64,000 nucleotides of DNA from Lama glama (taxonomy: Eukaryota): positions 51,834,001 through 51,898,000 of the forward strand of contig CM052816.1 of the NCBI GenBank assembly GCA_028534125.1, in the 5' to 3' direction. The notes under the pieces were generated by a model, which was not told where the DNA came from, made no database searches, and saw only the letters and a list, made by a program, of their open reading frames with translations. Shown one piece after another: positions 11,451 to 23,647 of this stretch; positions within the stretch are counted from its first letter, which is position 1, and the number at the start of each line of letters is the position of its first letter. The position numbers and the translations under genes are program-made.

Positions 11451-14400
11451 TACCCTGCTGTGTCTGCTACTGCCCAGGAATTAGGATTGACAATTAAGCC
11501 ACAGCATCACCCAGAGGAGAGCTATCAAACGTGGGTTGTTGAGTGGAGGCCAATGGAGCAGGTAACACTCAGTACTCTCTCATTTTGGTCTCAGTGATGC
11601 TCAAATAAAGGCTGGTATCTTTTCCCCTAATATTTAGAAGGTTCCTGGGACTCTGCTGCATGATTCTCCAAATGTGGGTTAGGTGGGTGCAAAAAGCCCG
11701 TTGAAAGTATGGTTGTGGGATGAAAACCTGGGCTATCAAGTGGATGATAAACTCCTCTAATAAGGTGAGGTTGGCATGGCCTTATACACAATTCTAAGAG
11801 TAGCCTTCTGAGGTCCACTTTCTTCCTTGATTGCATTTTGGGAACTGGGATCAGTCCATCAACTTCGTGTTTCCAGGATCCCCACCCGGAAGTCTCTACT
11901 TAACATCCTTTTTGAGCAACACTAGGGAGAAAGTTGAACACCTCAACCAGAAGTATCAAAGTCCTTGAAAAAATTTAGGAAGTTATTTCTCTAAGTTAGC
12001 CCAGGAAATAAGATTATCAGGCAGCCTTTCCTCTGTGCTAGAGTCAAAACAATGCCTTCAGTCCTAAAGACAACAGGAATTAGTTAAGTAATCAGCAGGC
12101 AAGATAAATGGGCCATTTCTTAAAGTTGTTCTAGGGGCTTGTAATGGCCCAGCATTCATCTCATCACAGATACTTCTTTGCTCCCTATTAGACTTGGGCT
12201 GTTGTCCCTCTTCTTCCAAGAGGAAGTGAGTGTTCCTCAAGGAAATGCACCCATGTTCCTGGTCTTCAGACACAGCAGGTGACACTAACTTACATCTTTC
12301 AGGCCTGTCTTACCTGCTTCCACACCCTCCAATCTGCTTCCTAAGCAGAGAGACAAAACTGTCTTCTCTGAGTTTTACCACAAAACTCACCAGAGTAGAA
12401 GCTTTGCCCGAATTCTTCCCAGACTATGTATGGGGCAAAAAATAAGCCAGGACATGGTGTCCCTAAGTTAACAGGAAGTACATTTGTTTCTGAGGTTGAC
12501 TCAAATATCTTGATTTTCATTTTTCTCTCCTTTATTGGCTTGATCACTAATACATTACAGCAGACATATCCCTTCAGCCACTGATTTTGAAATCCTATCA
12601 TAAAAGCAGGCAAGCGAGGCCAATAGGCTGTTTTTACTGTTTCCCTGCTCCGGCTCCTAGTCTCTGTGAGCCCCCCGTGAGCCGGGGCAGCCCCGCGCAG
12701 GCTCCTGACCTCTCAGCCGTGACAGGCTGGCTGACCCCTGGGAGCTCGCCAGGCCCATCCTCAGCAGTTTCGGGGCTGCCCCACAGATAACAGACGCAGC
12801 ATTAAGTGCACGCCCGTCCTTCCTCCAGGGATCCTTTCCAGACTGAGCAGGTAGGTCAGGAAGGAGAAGTCAGATGAGGAGCAAGTGCTAGAGGGGAAAT
12901 TTAACTTCAATCTCCCAACACCAAAATTCCTCCCCATAAGATACAAGAAAGAAAGAAAACAGTTTTATCATTGACTCGGCATAAAACCAGACTGTGAGGC
13001 CCATCACAGGCAACTGGCTAACGAGACTGCAAAGAAGATGAAATGTCCCCTCTTCCAGAGCCACGCAGAGAACCCACTCCACACATGTCCTCGAGGTAAC
13101 TCAGGTAAGAGGACATGACAGCACCATGTGTCACACAGAGTTCACCCCAAATTCACCTGAAAATCGGGGTGGACTTTTGGGTTAGCTAACTGCCTTTCTC
13201 CAAAGGGAAAATGAATTAGGATAAAGCTCTACCTAATACCCTACCCTAGTCAGATGAGGCCTCGGTCCCCAGATTAAAATTTATTTGCTTCAAAATACAA
13301 AAGTAAACAAACTAAATAAATACATTTGAACAAACAAACAAGCAAAAACAAAGGGAAAATGAGCTTCTCCCATCTCTGACAGCAGGTCACTGACCACCGG
13401 GAGCCTGCACCTCAAACTTCCACGTCCCACTGAGTCTGGGAAATTGGGCTGCTAACTTTCTGAACGCTTACATTTGAAAGAGACAGCTCCCAGGCCCTTG
13501 AGAAAGACAGCCCTGGGTTGTTAAACTGGCTGGAGACTTAACTTTTAAAAAGATTTAAATGCATCTCAAAGGGACAGAGAAAAATTACAAGTTTTCTAAA
13601 GGAAATGCTCCAAGAAAAGAGAGGGGAGCACTAATTTTGTTCTTTCCCTGCCCCACATGCCAGGAAGGACAGTGTCAGGAGCTCAGCAGGGCTCAGGTCA
13701 AGGACGAACATCACTCAGAGCCAGTCCCAACATCTGGAAGAGAAAAGACCCAATGACTGTAGGACTGAGTCACAGCTTTTCTCGGTTCTCAAGCCCAGGG
13801 GCCTGCACAGGATAGGTTCTCAGTAAATGCTGGGTGAGTGAGTGAATAGTCATAAGGACATTGACTGGGAAAGGACTTAAGAGGACATTTAGCTCAGCTT
13901 GAATGCAGGAATCCCTTTCCCTTTGGCCCTCCTTAAATATCAGCAATGCTGGGGATTGCGCCACTTTCTAGAGGAACCCATTTTACTGTAGAATAACTGG
14001 AATTATTTAAAATCCTTTTCATATCTTAATAAGGGGGGGGACAAAAGTAGAGTACTTTCAAGGGCCTAGTATTTTCTCCACAACAACCCCAAAGAGCAGA
14101 TATCTTGCCCCATGTCACAGAGGAGGGAACTCGAAAACAGAGAGGTTAACTGACAGTCAAAGGTCACACAGCTGAAGGGAAATCACATGTATTGAGTTTC
14201 AATAGGTACTCATTTAAATGAAGATCCTTTTCTACTTACAAGGTTTAATAACAGACAATATTACAGCATGTTTGGATGGAGTCAACCCCCTCATCTCCCA
14301 AGGAATGGAGTTGCCAGGCAGTCCTAGCTGCCTCTGGTTCTTCACGGCCTCTCAGGGATACTGGATGGCTTCTCTTAATCACAGTTTCCCAAAGGGGCTC

Positions 14401-14769
14401 TAGAGAGGATATTTATGGGGTGAAATTGCCAACCAGCACAGAGGCATTGTTCTGGGCAGCTCTGAGGGGCAGCAGAACCAGAGGGTGCACCCTCAGGGCT
14501 TCCTCCACCCGCCAGGAACACCAGTGACTACAGACCTGCAGAGATCATCAGGCAGTGTGGGTCACAGTCACCATGAATGAACTGAATGAATGACACTAAC
14601 GTGCTTCAGGTCGGGAGGAGCCACAGTGGGCAGCGATGCAGGGAGAAGCAAGATAGGATGATGAGGTGGTGAAGATAGGTATCTTTGCACTTATTTCCTT
14701 GATAAATATTGAAGTGCCTACTATGTGGCGGTTTTCACAGAACTCCTAGTCTGAGGGGAAAAGCCTCAT

Positions 14770-15000
14770 GTAGCACTTACTGCGTGCCGGGCACACGGGT
14801 CTATGAGCTTTATGATCATTACCTCATTAAGTCCTCACAACAGACCCATCCGTGAGCCAGATGCTCTGACTATCCTCATTTTACAGGTGAGCAAATGGAG
14901 GTAAAGAAAGGTAAAATAATTTGGCCAAAAGCACATGGTTTGTGAGTGGCAAGGCTGGGATTCAAGACCAGTGGTCTGTTTCCATAGTCCACGCTCCGAA
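14770..15000 (-). mobile_element. MIR SINE
   Basis: cctcattttacaggtgagcaaatggagg...gtggcaaggctgggattcaagacc. Confidence 0.7.
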
Positions 15001-16259
15001 CCAGCACCCCAACTTGGGCAAGTACCAGTCATGTGGTAAGTGTTCTTTGCAGGAAGCCAGAGCCCCATGGGAGCCCCTGGGAGGGCCTGGGATGGGCCCA
15101 GCCCAATCAGCTCCACTGTTTGAGGGATCTTGTCTGGTCTTTACTCAGACTGAGGTATTGCTTGCCTCCACCTGCCCTGGGACTAGTACCAGGTCACAAA
15201 CTGCAAAAGACTGGAGCAGAAACAATGACAAGACACTGCACACCCACATGCATAAACAGGTGACTATGGAGGCCCCCCCTCTGGCTGGCTGCCTTCCAAC
15301 TAGCTTCTAGGTGGGAGAATGGCCAGTGCCCTCAGCCCACACCACATGCCATATTCTTAAGATTAAAAGGGAAAAAACTTGCAGAGTAATAAATATGAAT
15401 GGTTCCAATTTTGTAACAATGATTTACATATATATGTATCTGCATATACTTGTATGAACATAAAGTACTGAAAGTTATTCATCAACCTGCAAAAAGCATT
15501 ACTTCAGAGCAACAGATTTGGGGTAGGCAGATTATTCATTTTCTCTGTATTGCACAACTTGTAAAAATAAGCACGTATTGTCTTTATGGTCAAAAATAAA
15601 TAAATTAAAAGTAAAAGACATCAACTGTGAAGGGTGTTAAACATCCAGATTTCTAGGCTCCATCTTTTGAACGAGTAGCAAAAACAGGACTGTCACAGGT
15701 GTACTGTGATAAAGCTTCACAATCAATTCCCAAGCCCTGCTGGGTCTGGGAACCCTGCAAATTGGCTACCTGAGCCTCAGCAACTCCCTCTACATAATGA
15801 GCTCGATGAGACCTCTCCCTGAGCTGTTGTGAGGATTAAGTGACAGGCCACAGTAGGCACTGAATAAATGTAAGTCTCATTTCCCTAGTGACCCTAAGTG
15901 GGGAGACAGTTATCACTCTCCCCACAGCCACCCTGGTTATCCTAGCCAGCACTGGTCTGCCCCTTCTCTGCACGTTTGTTGATTTTAGTTTACATTTTTA
16001 GCATTTAAAGTGTTTCACTTAATTGTTTTATTTTGTAATCTCTCTGAGGACAAGGCTTGATTCCAGAAGGAGCACATTCATGTACTTTCAGATCCACTCA
16101 TCATCCTCTGCAAACCAACATCACAAAATGAACCTACTCATTTGGGCTCCCAAGTTCTTCCAGACTCTGATTCCTTGCCCAGGCCTTTCCTTCCACCTGG
16201 AAAGTCTTTTCCATCCCTGCACGCCCAGTCAAGCTGGCTGTCTTTTCTTCCCTTTAACT

Positions 16260-16480
16260 ACCATATATTGAACTCCTACCACGAGCCATGCATCATGCAA
16301 GGAGCCCTTACAAACACTGTTTTCAGTCTTAGAAACAATCCTGCCAAATAAGCATTATTCTACAGATGGGGAAAACAGACTCAAGAGAGGTGAAGTGACC
16401 TGCCCCAGGTCTTGGGGCTAGCACCTTGATAAAGCTCGGATTTGAACTCAGGCTTGTCTTTGCCTTGGACTGAGGCTCCT
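16260..16480 (-). mobile_element. MIR SINE
   Basis: tacagatggggaaaacagactcaagagaggtgaagtgacctgcccc...ggatttgaactcagg. Confidence 0.7.
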
Positions 16481-19279
16481 TGCAGACCACAGCACCTCAC
16501 AAGCAGCCCTGCACTGACCAGAATTGGAGCGAAACCACCTTTGTGGTAGAGGACCTAGGAGTGTCACAGTTCACTCCACTCGGTTTGGCCCCCGAAGACC
16601 ATAGAAAATGCATTTAGCACAGCAGCTTCTAGATGCTGGATTGTCACCTCAGAGCACGTGACTCCCCCAGAGTAGCAGAGTATTATGAGTCTGTTCTCTT
16701 TCTTTGCCCTCAGGCTTCTGCTGAAGTGACCGAGATGCCAGGTGCCACTTCCCCTACTCCGCTCCAACGCCAGGTGCCCAAAGCACCTACCAGCCATGCT
16801 GGGGATGCTGGGCCAGCCTGCCCTTCTCTGAGATGGGGCATGGGCTCTTCTCTTTCCTTCCCTCCTCTGTCCTCTCTCATACAGACGTAAGGATTGCAGG
16901 GGTGAGGAGGGAGGAAGTCTCTAGCCCACACCCCACAGAAGCTGTTTCCCTAACTTGGAACATCTCATGACTCCTGATTTAAAAAGCATTGTTTACAGCA
17001 TCAGGGCTGAAATCTGGCAGAATTCCTGGGCTACAAGCCAGAGAGATTACTATATGGGATGCAAGATCACCACCAAAAATAATGATGTTGTGGTTATTCC
17101 TACTCTTGCCCTCTCCACCAAAAAACAAGAACCACCATATTAAGCCCTTTTGTCATTGTGCCCAAAAGCTGTATACCTCTCTGTCTCAGGCAGGCATACT
17201 GGGTGTCTGGGTCCTGGTTTAAAGGTTTTGTCTGATTCTGTTACATTCTAAAATGTGGAGGACTTGGGTTCTGCCACAGCCTCAATTCTGAGCCACCTGG
17301 TCGTACTGAGCATATTGGATGGAGAAGCCAGGGGTGCCGTTCTGCTGACTCAGAGTTATTTCTGGTCCAGCAGTACACAGTGTCCATGTGTTTGAACTCC
17401 TTGGAGGGCAGTGGAAGGCCAGGAGGAGGACCATGTGTCAGCTTTCCAACCGGAGAGAGTCACCCCAAAACAGAGGACGTCCTTGGGGCTGGACCAGCTC
17501 CACAGAACATTCTGAACAAATTCTCACGATGCCAGTTGTGGCCAGGAGAAAATGGCTGTCCCCTCCAGTTCTAAGAGAACAGAGGGTTCAAGTTACCTCG
17601 CCACCACCAGATACCAGCACCCTAAAGGGGCAGCCTTGAGCATCTCTTTTCTATTCATCAAGTAGAAGTCAAAGCAGAGATGTTTACAGTCCTTCCCTAT
17701 AAAACAGAGGCCTTTCCTAGTCCTCGGTGATAAAGACATATCACCACCAGACTGATCTTTCAAGGGTAAATCATTTTCAAAAACTAGGAAATTAGGAATG
17801 ATCTAGTCCTTGAAATGCTGTTAAGGAGTGGGAGCCTCCTTCCCTGCTCAAGAGAATAATCAGTCTCTGTGGCTTCCCAGGCAGAAGTGGGTGTGACCTC
17901 TAGCAGTCACCTTCAAAACAGGCTCCCTGTGGGATTCCTGGCCGAGTGGGCAGGAAGTCTCAGAATGCTGATGCAAGGTCCCACGTGATTTCCTCTGGAA
18001 GACAAATGGCTTTCTCTAAGCATGGCAGAGATGGAGACCCAGTGCCTCTGAGCCAGCGGCAAAGTCTGCCTGAGAACCAATCCTCCTCCTGCCTCTGAAC
18101 ATACGGGACTCCCCATTCCTTATCCCATGCCTACCCCGTTTCCTGGTCCTTCCTCAGCCACCCCTTTAGGAAGACTGAGCTGGCCTATGGTCCATTCTCT
18201 ATAGATATGATTTAATCACGAAGCTGCCAGAGGCCATGGGTGCATGTGGCCCTCATGCCCTGTGCTGGAACAGTGCCTTAACCCACAGAAGGGTCAACTG
18301 TAAAGGACGGTGTTTTCGGGAAAGGTGTCTACAAAGCAGAGGAGGAAGTGGAGTGCTCACACAGCCTAATAACGGCCAGATACCCTCTAAGAGGGCTTGC
18401 CAGGTTCGGGTGGTGGTCGTGTTCTTCCCCATGAGCATAGAGAGAACAGGCCAAGGACTCTAGCTCTGAAACGGAGGAATTGTGATTGCGGCAGACAGGA
18501 AAAGCGGTACTTCTGGAAACATCTCACCAGTTGAACTAGCATACCTTGTCATGGGGGCACCAGGCCCTGTGTGGGGTCACAGAGCCAGGGCAACGCTCAA
18601 GGGAAGGTTTAAAGGGCAGCACGGAGGAGGGCCAAAGAGTTTTGCCTTGTTTTGGCAAATATCACTCTCTACACCCACCAGAGCATTCAAAGGCAGAGCT
18701 GTCACCCACTCAAGGGACAGAAACTGGGCTGACAGTAAGCCAAGCAAGCAAGCAAAGAACAGGTCTTTACCAGAGATGAAACACATTTAGGCCAATTCTA
18801 TAGCATTTTTACGTCCTGTGGAGGTGGGGAGGAGGAGGACTGTTGGCTCATTATTAATAGGTTAGTGATTTTAAAAATGAATCTCTAGCAATAATATTAA
18901 ACAATTTAAATTGCATCTAGCTATTGGGACGATTAGTAATTAGCTCCTTTCCAGGGCTTCAAAATGTTCGTTTTTCAGTTAGTTTATCCTAAGTCACTGA
19001 TTTGCACCTCTTTTGATGCTGCTGAGGGAGATCTTTCTCCAACGTTCTCCATTCTCTGACACAGTTCCAGCACCTCGTGAGCAGCTGTCCCACGGAATGG
19101 TTACCTGCGCCTGGGGTGCAGGGTGGCTTCAGCCAAGGACAGACGCTCTGCTGGCTTCTTTAGAGAGTTACCAGGACTTCCTCACACAGGAGCAATGCTC
19201 ACAGACCTGACTCCCTGCTCACAAAGCCCCCACCCTGGCACTAGCAATGCCCCCGCTTTGAAGGAAAAAAGCCGGCCTT

Positions 19280-19700
19280 CCCGGCCTCAGGCCTCACTGA
19301 CCTTGGAGCCGGAGTCTCCCACGTCCCGCGGCCGCGCACAGCCAAGGAGTGTAGGGACGCAGTGGGCGGGGCCCCGCCTTAAAAGGGCTCCCTGGCGGGG
19401 CGGAGTCGAACGGGGCGGGGCCGGGAGGGGCGGGGCCCGCGTCGGACGCGCAACCTGAGCCTTGCCCTTGCCGGCCGGCCGCTGACACTGCCGCTGCGGA
19501 GCTCTGGGCTTTTTCTAGCACCTGCCCTTTCACTGAAACGTTTTCTTCCCCAAGTCCAGTCCTGGAGGCTGCCTCTTCCAGGGCTCTGCGAGGCGTTCCT
19601 GGGCCCGCAGGCCCCCGGCCTCGGGGTGGGAGGGCCGCCAGGAAACTGCTGCACCTGTTAGGGAATTTGTTGCTACCTTCCCTCAGGAGCCCCATCCCTG
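19280..19700 (-). promoter_or_regulatory. CKMT2: CpG-rich CKMT2 promoter with clustered Sp/KLF GC boxes
   Basis: Locally high CpG density, several GGGGCGGGG boxes in 19364-19435, TATA-like element at 19378-19384; about 10 kb upstream of the ATG exon. Confidence 0.8.
19302..19352 (-). other. CKMT2: Predicted CKMT2 non-coding exon 1
   Basis: Inr-like CTACACT (A at 19352) about 32 nt downstream of TATA-like TTTTAAG; donor CCAAG|GTCAGT at 19301; no upstream ATG in the resulting 5' UTR. Confidence 0.7.
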
Positions 19701-19963
19701 GGCCCCAGGTTAGCTGCGGGGAATGAGAGCCCTTCTCTCTCACCCGCTTCCACGCTGAGGTCCGAGAGGAAGAAGATGTCTAAAGCTTCCTCTCCAGTTT
19801 CTAGTCAGGCTCTGAGCATCTCTTTCCAACAGGTTGTCTGGGGCCTGGATACAGAGATAATAACAATCACCTTTCTCCTCCAGATCAGGCCATCTGAAGT
19901 AGATTGCTAGATAATCTCATTTTCTTTCCACACCAGCTTAATTTACCACACAGAAGGTCCTGC

Positions 19964-20133
19964 TTAAAAATAGCCCTCCTTGGAACGTCCATCACACACG
20001 GTAAAGGTTGACTGTAAATAGCAGTGACCCACCAGGACTTTGGACCACAGCCCTGCATTTCAGAGGGAGCTGCCCAGGCCTCTGGTGAAGGTCACGTAGA
20101 CAGCTTCTATGGCCACGTGCACATCACCAGCTG
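19964..20133. promoter_or_regulatory. Candidate muscle enhancer (MEF2, ERRE, E-boxes)
   Basis: TTAAAAATAG 19964-19973; CTGTAAATAG 20012-20021; TGAAGGTCA 20086-20094; CACGTG 20114-20119; CAGCTG 20128-20133. Confidence 0.55.
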
Positions 20134-21889
20134 ATTCCTTTCCTTTCCTTCTCAGGCCAAACCCATGCTCAGAAGGGAGGGTGGAGCAGGGCATGGAGCC
20201 AGTCTCCCCCCTGGAGTGGTTCTCTTTCACGTTCCATTTCTTTTAAATATAACCAAAGCCAAACAAATGTGTTACCTTTGCATGGGGGTACTGACTGGGA
20301 AATTGCTTGAGAGGGCCTTCTGGGGCTGGAAAGTTTCCTGATTTGGGGGTGGTTGTATGGGTGTAAACACGTGTAAAAATTCCTCAAGCTGTACGTTTAA
20401 AATGATTCAAGCACTTAGTAAAGTGTATTATGATATCCTTTCTTCATCTGATATACTCAGCTATTTTCTACGCTCTCCTGTGTTATTTCATTGAACAATT
20501 GCAGATTGGAGCCAACCAAACTGATTGCACGGTCCTCTAAAGAGTCAGAGTTTCCAGTGTGCACATTTGGTCATAATGATCCCCAGTCCCTCTGACTCGT
20601 GGGGGCCTCCGTCGGCAGAACATGCAGCAGGCTAGAGGTCCATGGGGCTGACCAGCTGCTCCACAGACTGCGCTCTGAGGGTTGAGGAGGGCGGGGTCGA
20701 GAAAGGATTTTAGGTTTATTCCCCAAATAACTCCTTTGCACATATGCTGCCAACTCCGTTCAAAGTTCGGGGGCTCTTTCCACATCTAGTGGCCTAGTGG
20801 TTCTTGCTATAGGGACAAGAACATAAGTGGTGTGGAACTGCCCTGTCACTGGTTATAAAGGAAATCTGTTGTGAGCTTGTTCTCTTTTCTGCTCCTAAAT
20901 CCAGCTAGAGCCTGCTTGTAATAGAGCCCAGATTTGACCAGTAGGCAAAGGTAATGCCGTGAGTAATGGCCAAGTAATAAGATGAAAGGCGCCTGGGTTC
21001 CCGAACCCCCAGCAAGCCAATTGCTCATTTCAGAACTAGGAAAGGAAGCTAGTGGGACAGGAGGGACCCACACTCTTCCTTTCCTCAGTCCTCTCTTGTG
21101 CTCAACAGCTGCATCACATTTCCTTCAGCTCTAAACGTTAGGGCAACTTCATTCACTTGACAGAAGTTAAAGCATTTTCATGTGTATTATTGCATGTAAC
21201 CACTGTGGTTGTTCTAGGAGCAGATATTTTATAGATGAGGAACTCAGCCTCAGCTGAGTCAGAGCTAATGATGGCTGGGCTAGGTATCCACCTCAGCAGC
21301 TCTGCTATCCAGTCTGCTCATGCACCGCAATTAGGTGAACAGAGCTGTGTGAACAGTAATGAGTTCCCCATGCCTGGATGTAATCAAACATGGGCTGGTG
21401 ATGTCACAGGAAAGAGGTAAGCCTGGAAAGACAGTGGGACTAGGTGACCCTTAATATCTTTTTTGAGGTCCTCCAAATTCTCTGATATTTTGATACCTGC
21501 AACACGGGCTTCTTCAAAACCATTTTCCCCCCTGAACTTTAGAAGTAAAACAATCTCTGAAGAAGCCCATTGCTATGAAAGAGACAATACAGAAAAATGC
21601 AAAAAGATTCAAATGAAGAGACTAATGAGATTTTTGAGGCTTCAAGAAAGGCAAAGTTTAATTTGCATATAGGCATAACCCACACCTCACCCAGCAAGTG
21701 TTAGGCCACAGCACAAACCCCTCTGTCCGAGTCACAAATGTCAGCAAATTTGCAAAGTAACTGGACACAAAGAATATACTTCTCAAAGTAACACATAGGT
21801 TTGTCCGTCTCACATACACAGAAATAACAACGAAATACACTGAAATCCTCTGCAAAAGAGAGATGAGGATGGTAATCAAGTCTGGACAG

Positions 21890-22090
21890 CACTTTACAGA
21901 TTACAGTCTAAATCATTTTGTCCTCATGACAGCCCTGTGAGGTAGGTAGCATGGGATTGACTTCATTTCACAGATGAGGAAACTGAAAATCAGAGAGGTT
22001 TCAGCACTGGCCTAAGGTTTCCCAGCTTTCGATGTCGATCTGGGCCTAGAACTCAGGACTAGGATGCTTAGACCAGTGCTCTTTCACAAC
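21890..22090 (-). mobile_element. MIR SINE
   Basis: catttcacagatgaggaaactgaaaatcagagaggtt...ctgggcctagaactcagg. Confidence 0.75.
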
Positions 22091-22462
22091 TGCCTTTCCA
22101 GGGAAATATTAATGGTTGTATAAAAGGCAGTGGTTCAGCATCATTTAGTAGAACTATCGTGTTTTCTTGAGCAGATGAGATCCAGTACAATCAAATCATG
22201 TTTATGTTATGCAGTATAATAGCCAGATGAATAACTTTCTGAATCATTCATGTGTTTATATCTACAACAAAATGGTTGTTTTCTACCTTAGTTCTGCCCT
22301 GCCTTAATTATAAGTCACTGACAGACACAGAAATATGACACTCTGGTTAGATTTCACTGACTCAAGTCTTATTACCAGGATTCACATAGTGGTGTCTGTA
22401 ATCAAGTCATTATTTAAACTTACAATCTGTTGTCTTACTGAAATGAAAATGAATCTTATTCA

Positions 22463-22706
22463 TTTATTCCTTCTGGCTGTGGACATTAGCCTACCTCTAT
22501 TCTTTAGCAGTAAGTAATATGTTCTCTTTTATACAATTTCAATAGCAGTAAAAATGATAAGCTTCACAGGTTGATTTTTAACAAAAACTTACAGTTTAAA
22601 GTGAAGAGAAAGGTGCCCCCCCACCCCTGCCAGGGGGAATAAAATCAAACTTTGAAAAGAAAAGCTAAAGAAAATCCTTTATTTTAAAATAAAAGTTAAT
22701 TTTATT
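22463..22706 (-). terminator. Distal polyadenylation signals of RASGRF2
   Basis: Minus-strand AATAAA at 22463-22468, 22678-22683 and 22701-22706; U-rich downstream element (plus-strand A-rich 22641-22675). Confidence 0.6.
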
Positions 22707-23614
22707 GGGAACAATCCCTCTACTGCATTACTCTTTTTAGTTAAGAATTTAAAAGTGGCCCAATCATCACCAACCCAAGGTCTTGCCTTGTATGACACCA
22801 GGAGGAAAGTCATCACACACACTCCAGCCTGGAATATAATGGATTTTTCTCTTCCAGGTTATCCAGTATCTATGAGTTTCATTTGTGTTTAAGTGGTACT
22901 TTAAGATGAATTTAAATTTAACAAACATTAATGGGGACTTGGTGTGACAGCGACTTTAAAATACTGCAACACAGTAGTTTAAAATTCCCTCTTTAAATTC
23001 CTTCAGAGAAACACTAAGGAAAAGTGACAACATTCTACTTCATGCCTGAATCTGTCACATAATATATGCGCTCAAGTTAGAGATTTATTCCTGTAGCTAA
23101 ACTGGATGTCTTAGTTAATAACCAAAGGCATACCCTAAAAGCCCCAAGATAATTTCATTGACAGTACAAAATGTGGGTATTCATCTGAAAGCATGAAATT
23201 GGATTTTACTTCTGACTTTCTAGGTTAATTTTGTAGTAATATAAGGGTTTCCTACTTGGCTGTTAGAGGCTGACCTCCCACCTACTCATAGAAATGGGTT
23301 TCACATAATGGAATATAGGCAGACACGGCCAAGAGTGCACACTCAGACAATCACACAAAGCTTGTAAGGCAGAAGTCGATGGGGGCTTTAAACAATCAAA
23401 GGAAACCACAAGTTGCTCTTGGGTATTTAAAAAGTGACCAAATTGAGCTTTTTAAAATGTGCTTTCCTCTCCCAGTTGGCCCAGAAATGATGCAGGTCAT
23501 CAAAAGCAATTCCCTCGGAGGTGGAATTGTCGCTCTTGCAGCTCCGACTAGGCTTCAGACTCTAAGAAGCACAAGGAGGGGGTGTGTGACCCTCGATAAA
23601 ACGCATAGACAATT

Positions 23615-23647
23615 GACAGTGCCCATAGTTGACCACTGGGGGGCGCT
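23615..23647 (+). promoter_or_regulatory. CTCF motif with upstream extension
   Basis: GACAGTGCCC-ATAGT-TGACCACTGGGGGGCGCT; core matches CCACTAGGGGGCGC at 13/14. Confidence 0.6.

Noticed and set aside
19294..19743. 149-aa ORF over the promoter
   Set aside because: Stop-poor GC-rich promoter sequence giving a low-complexity G/P/A/R translation
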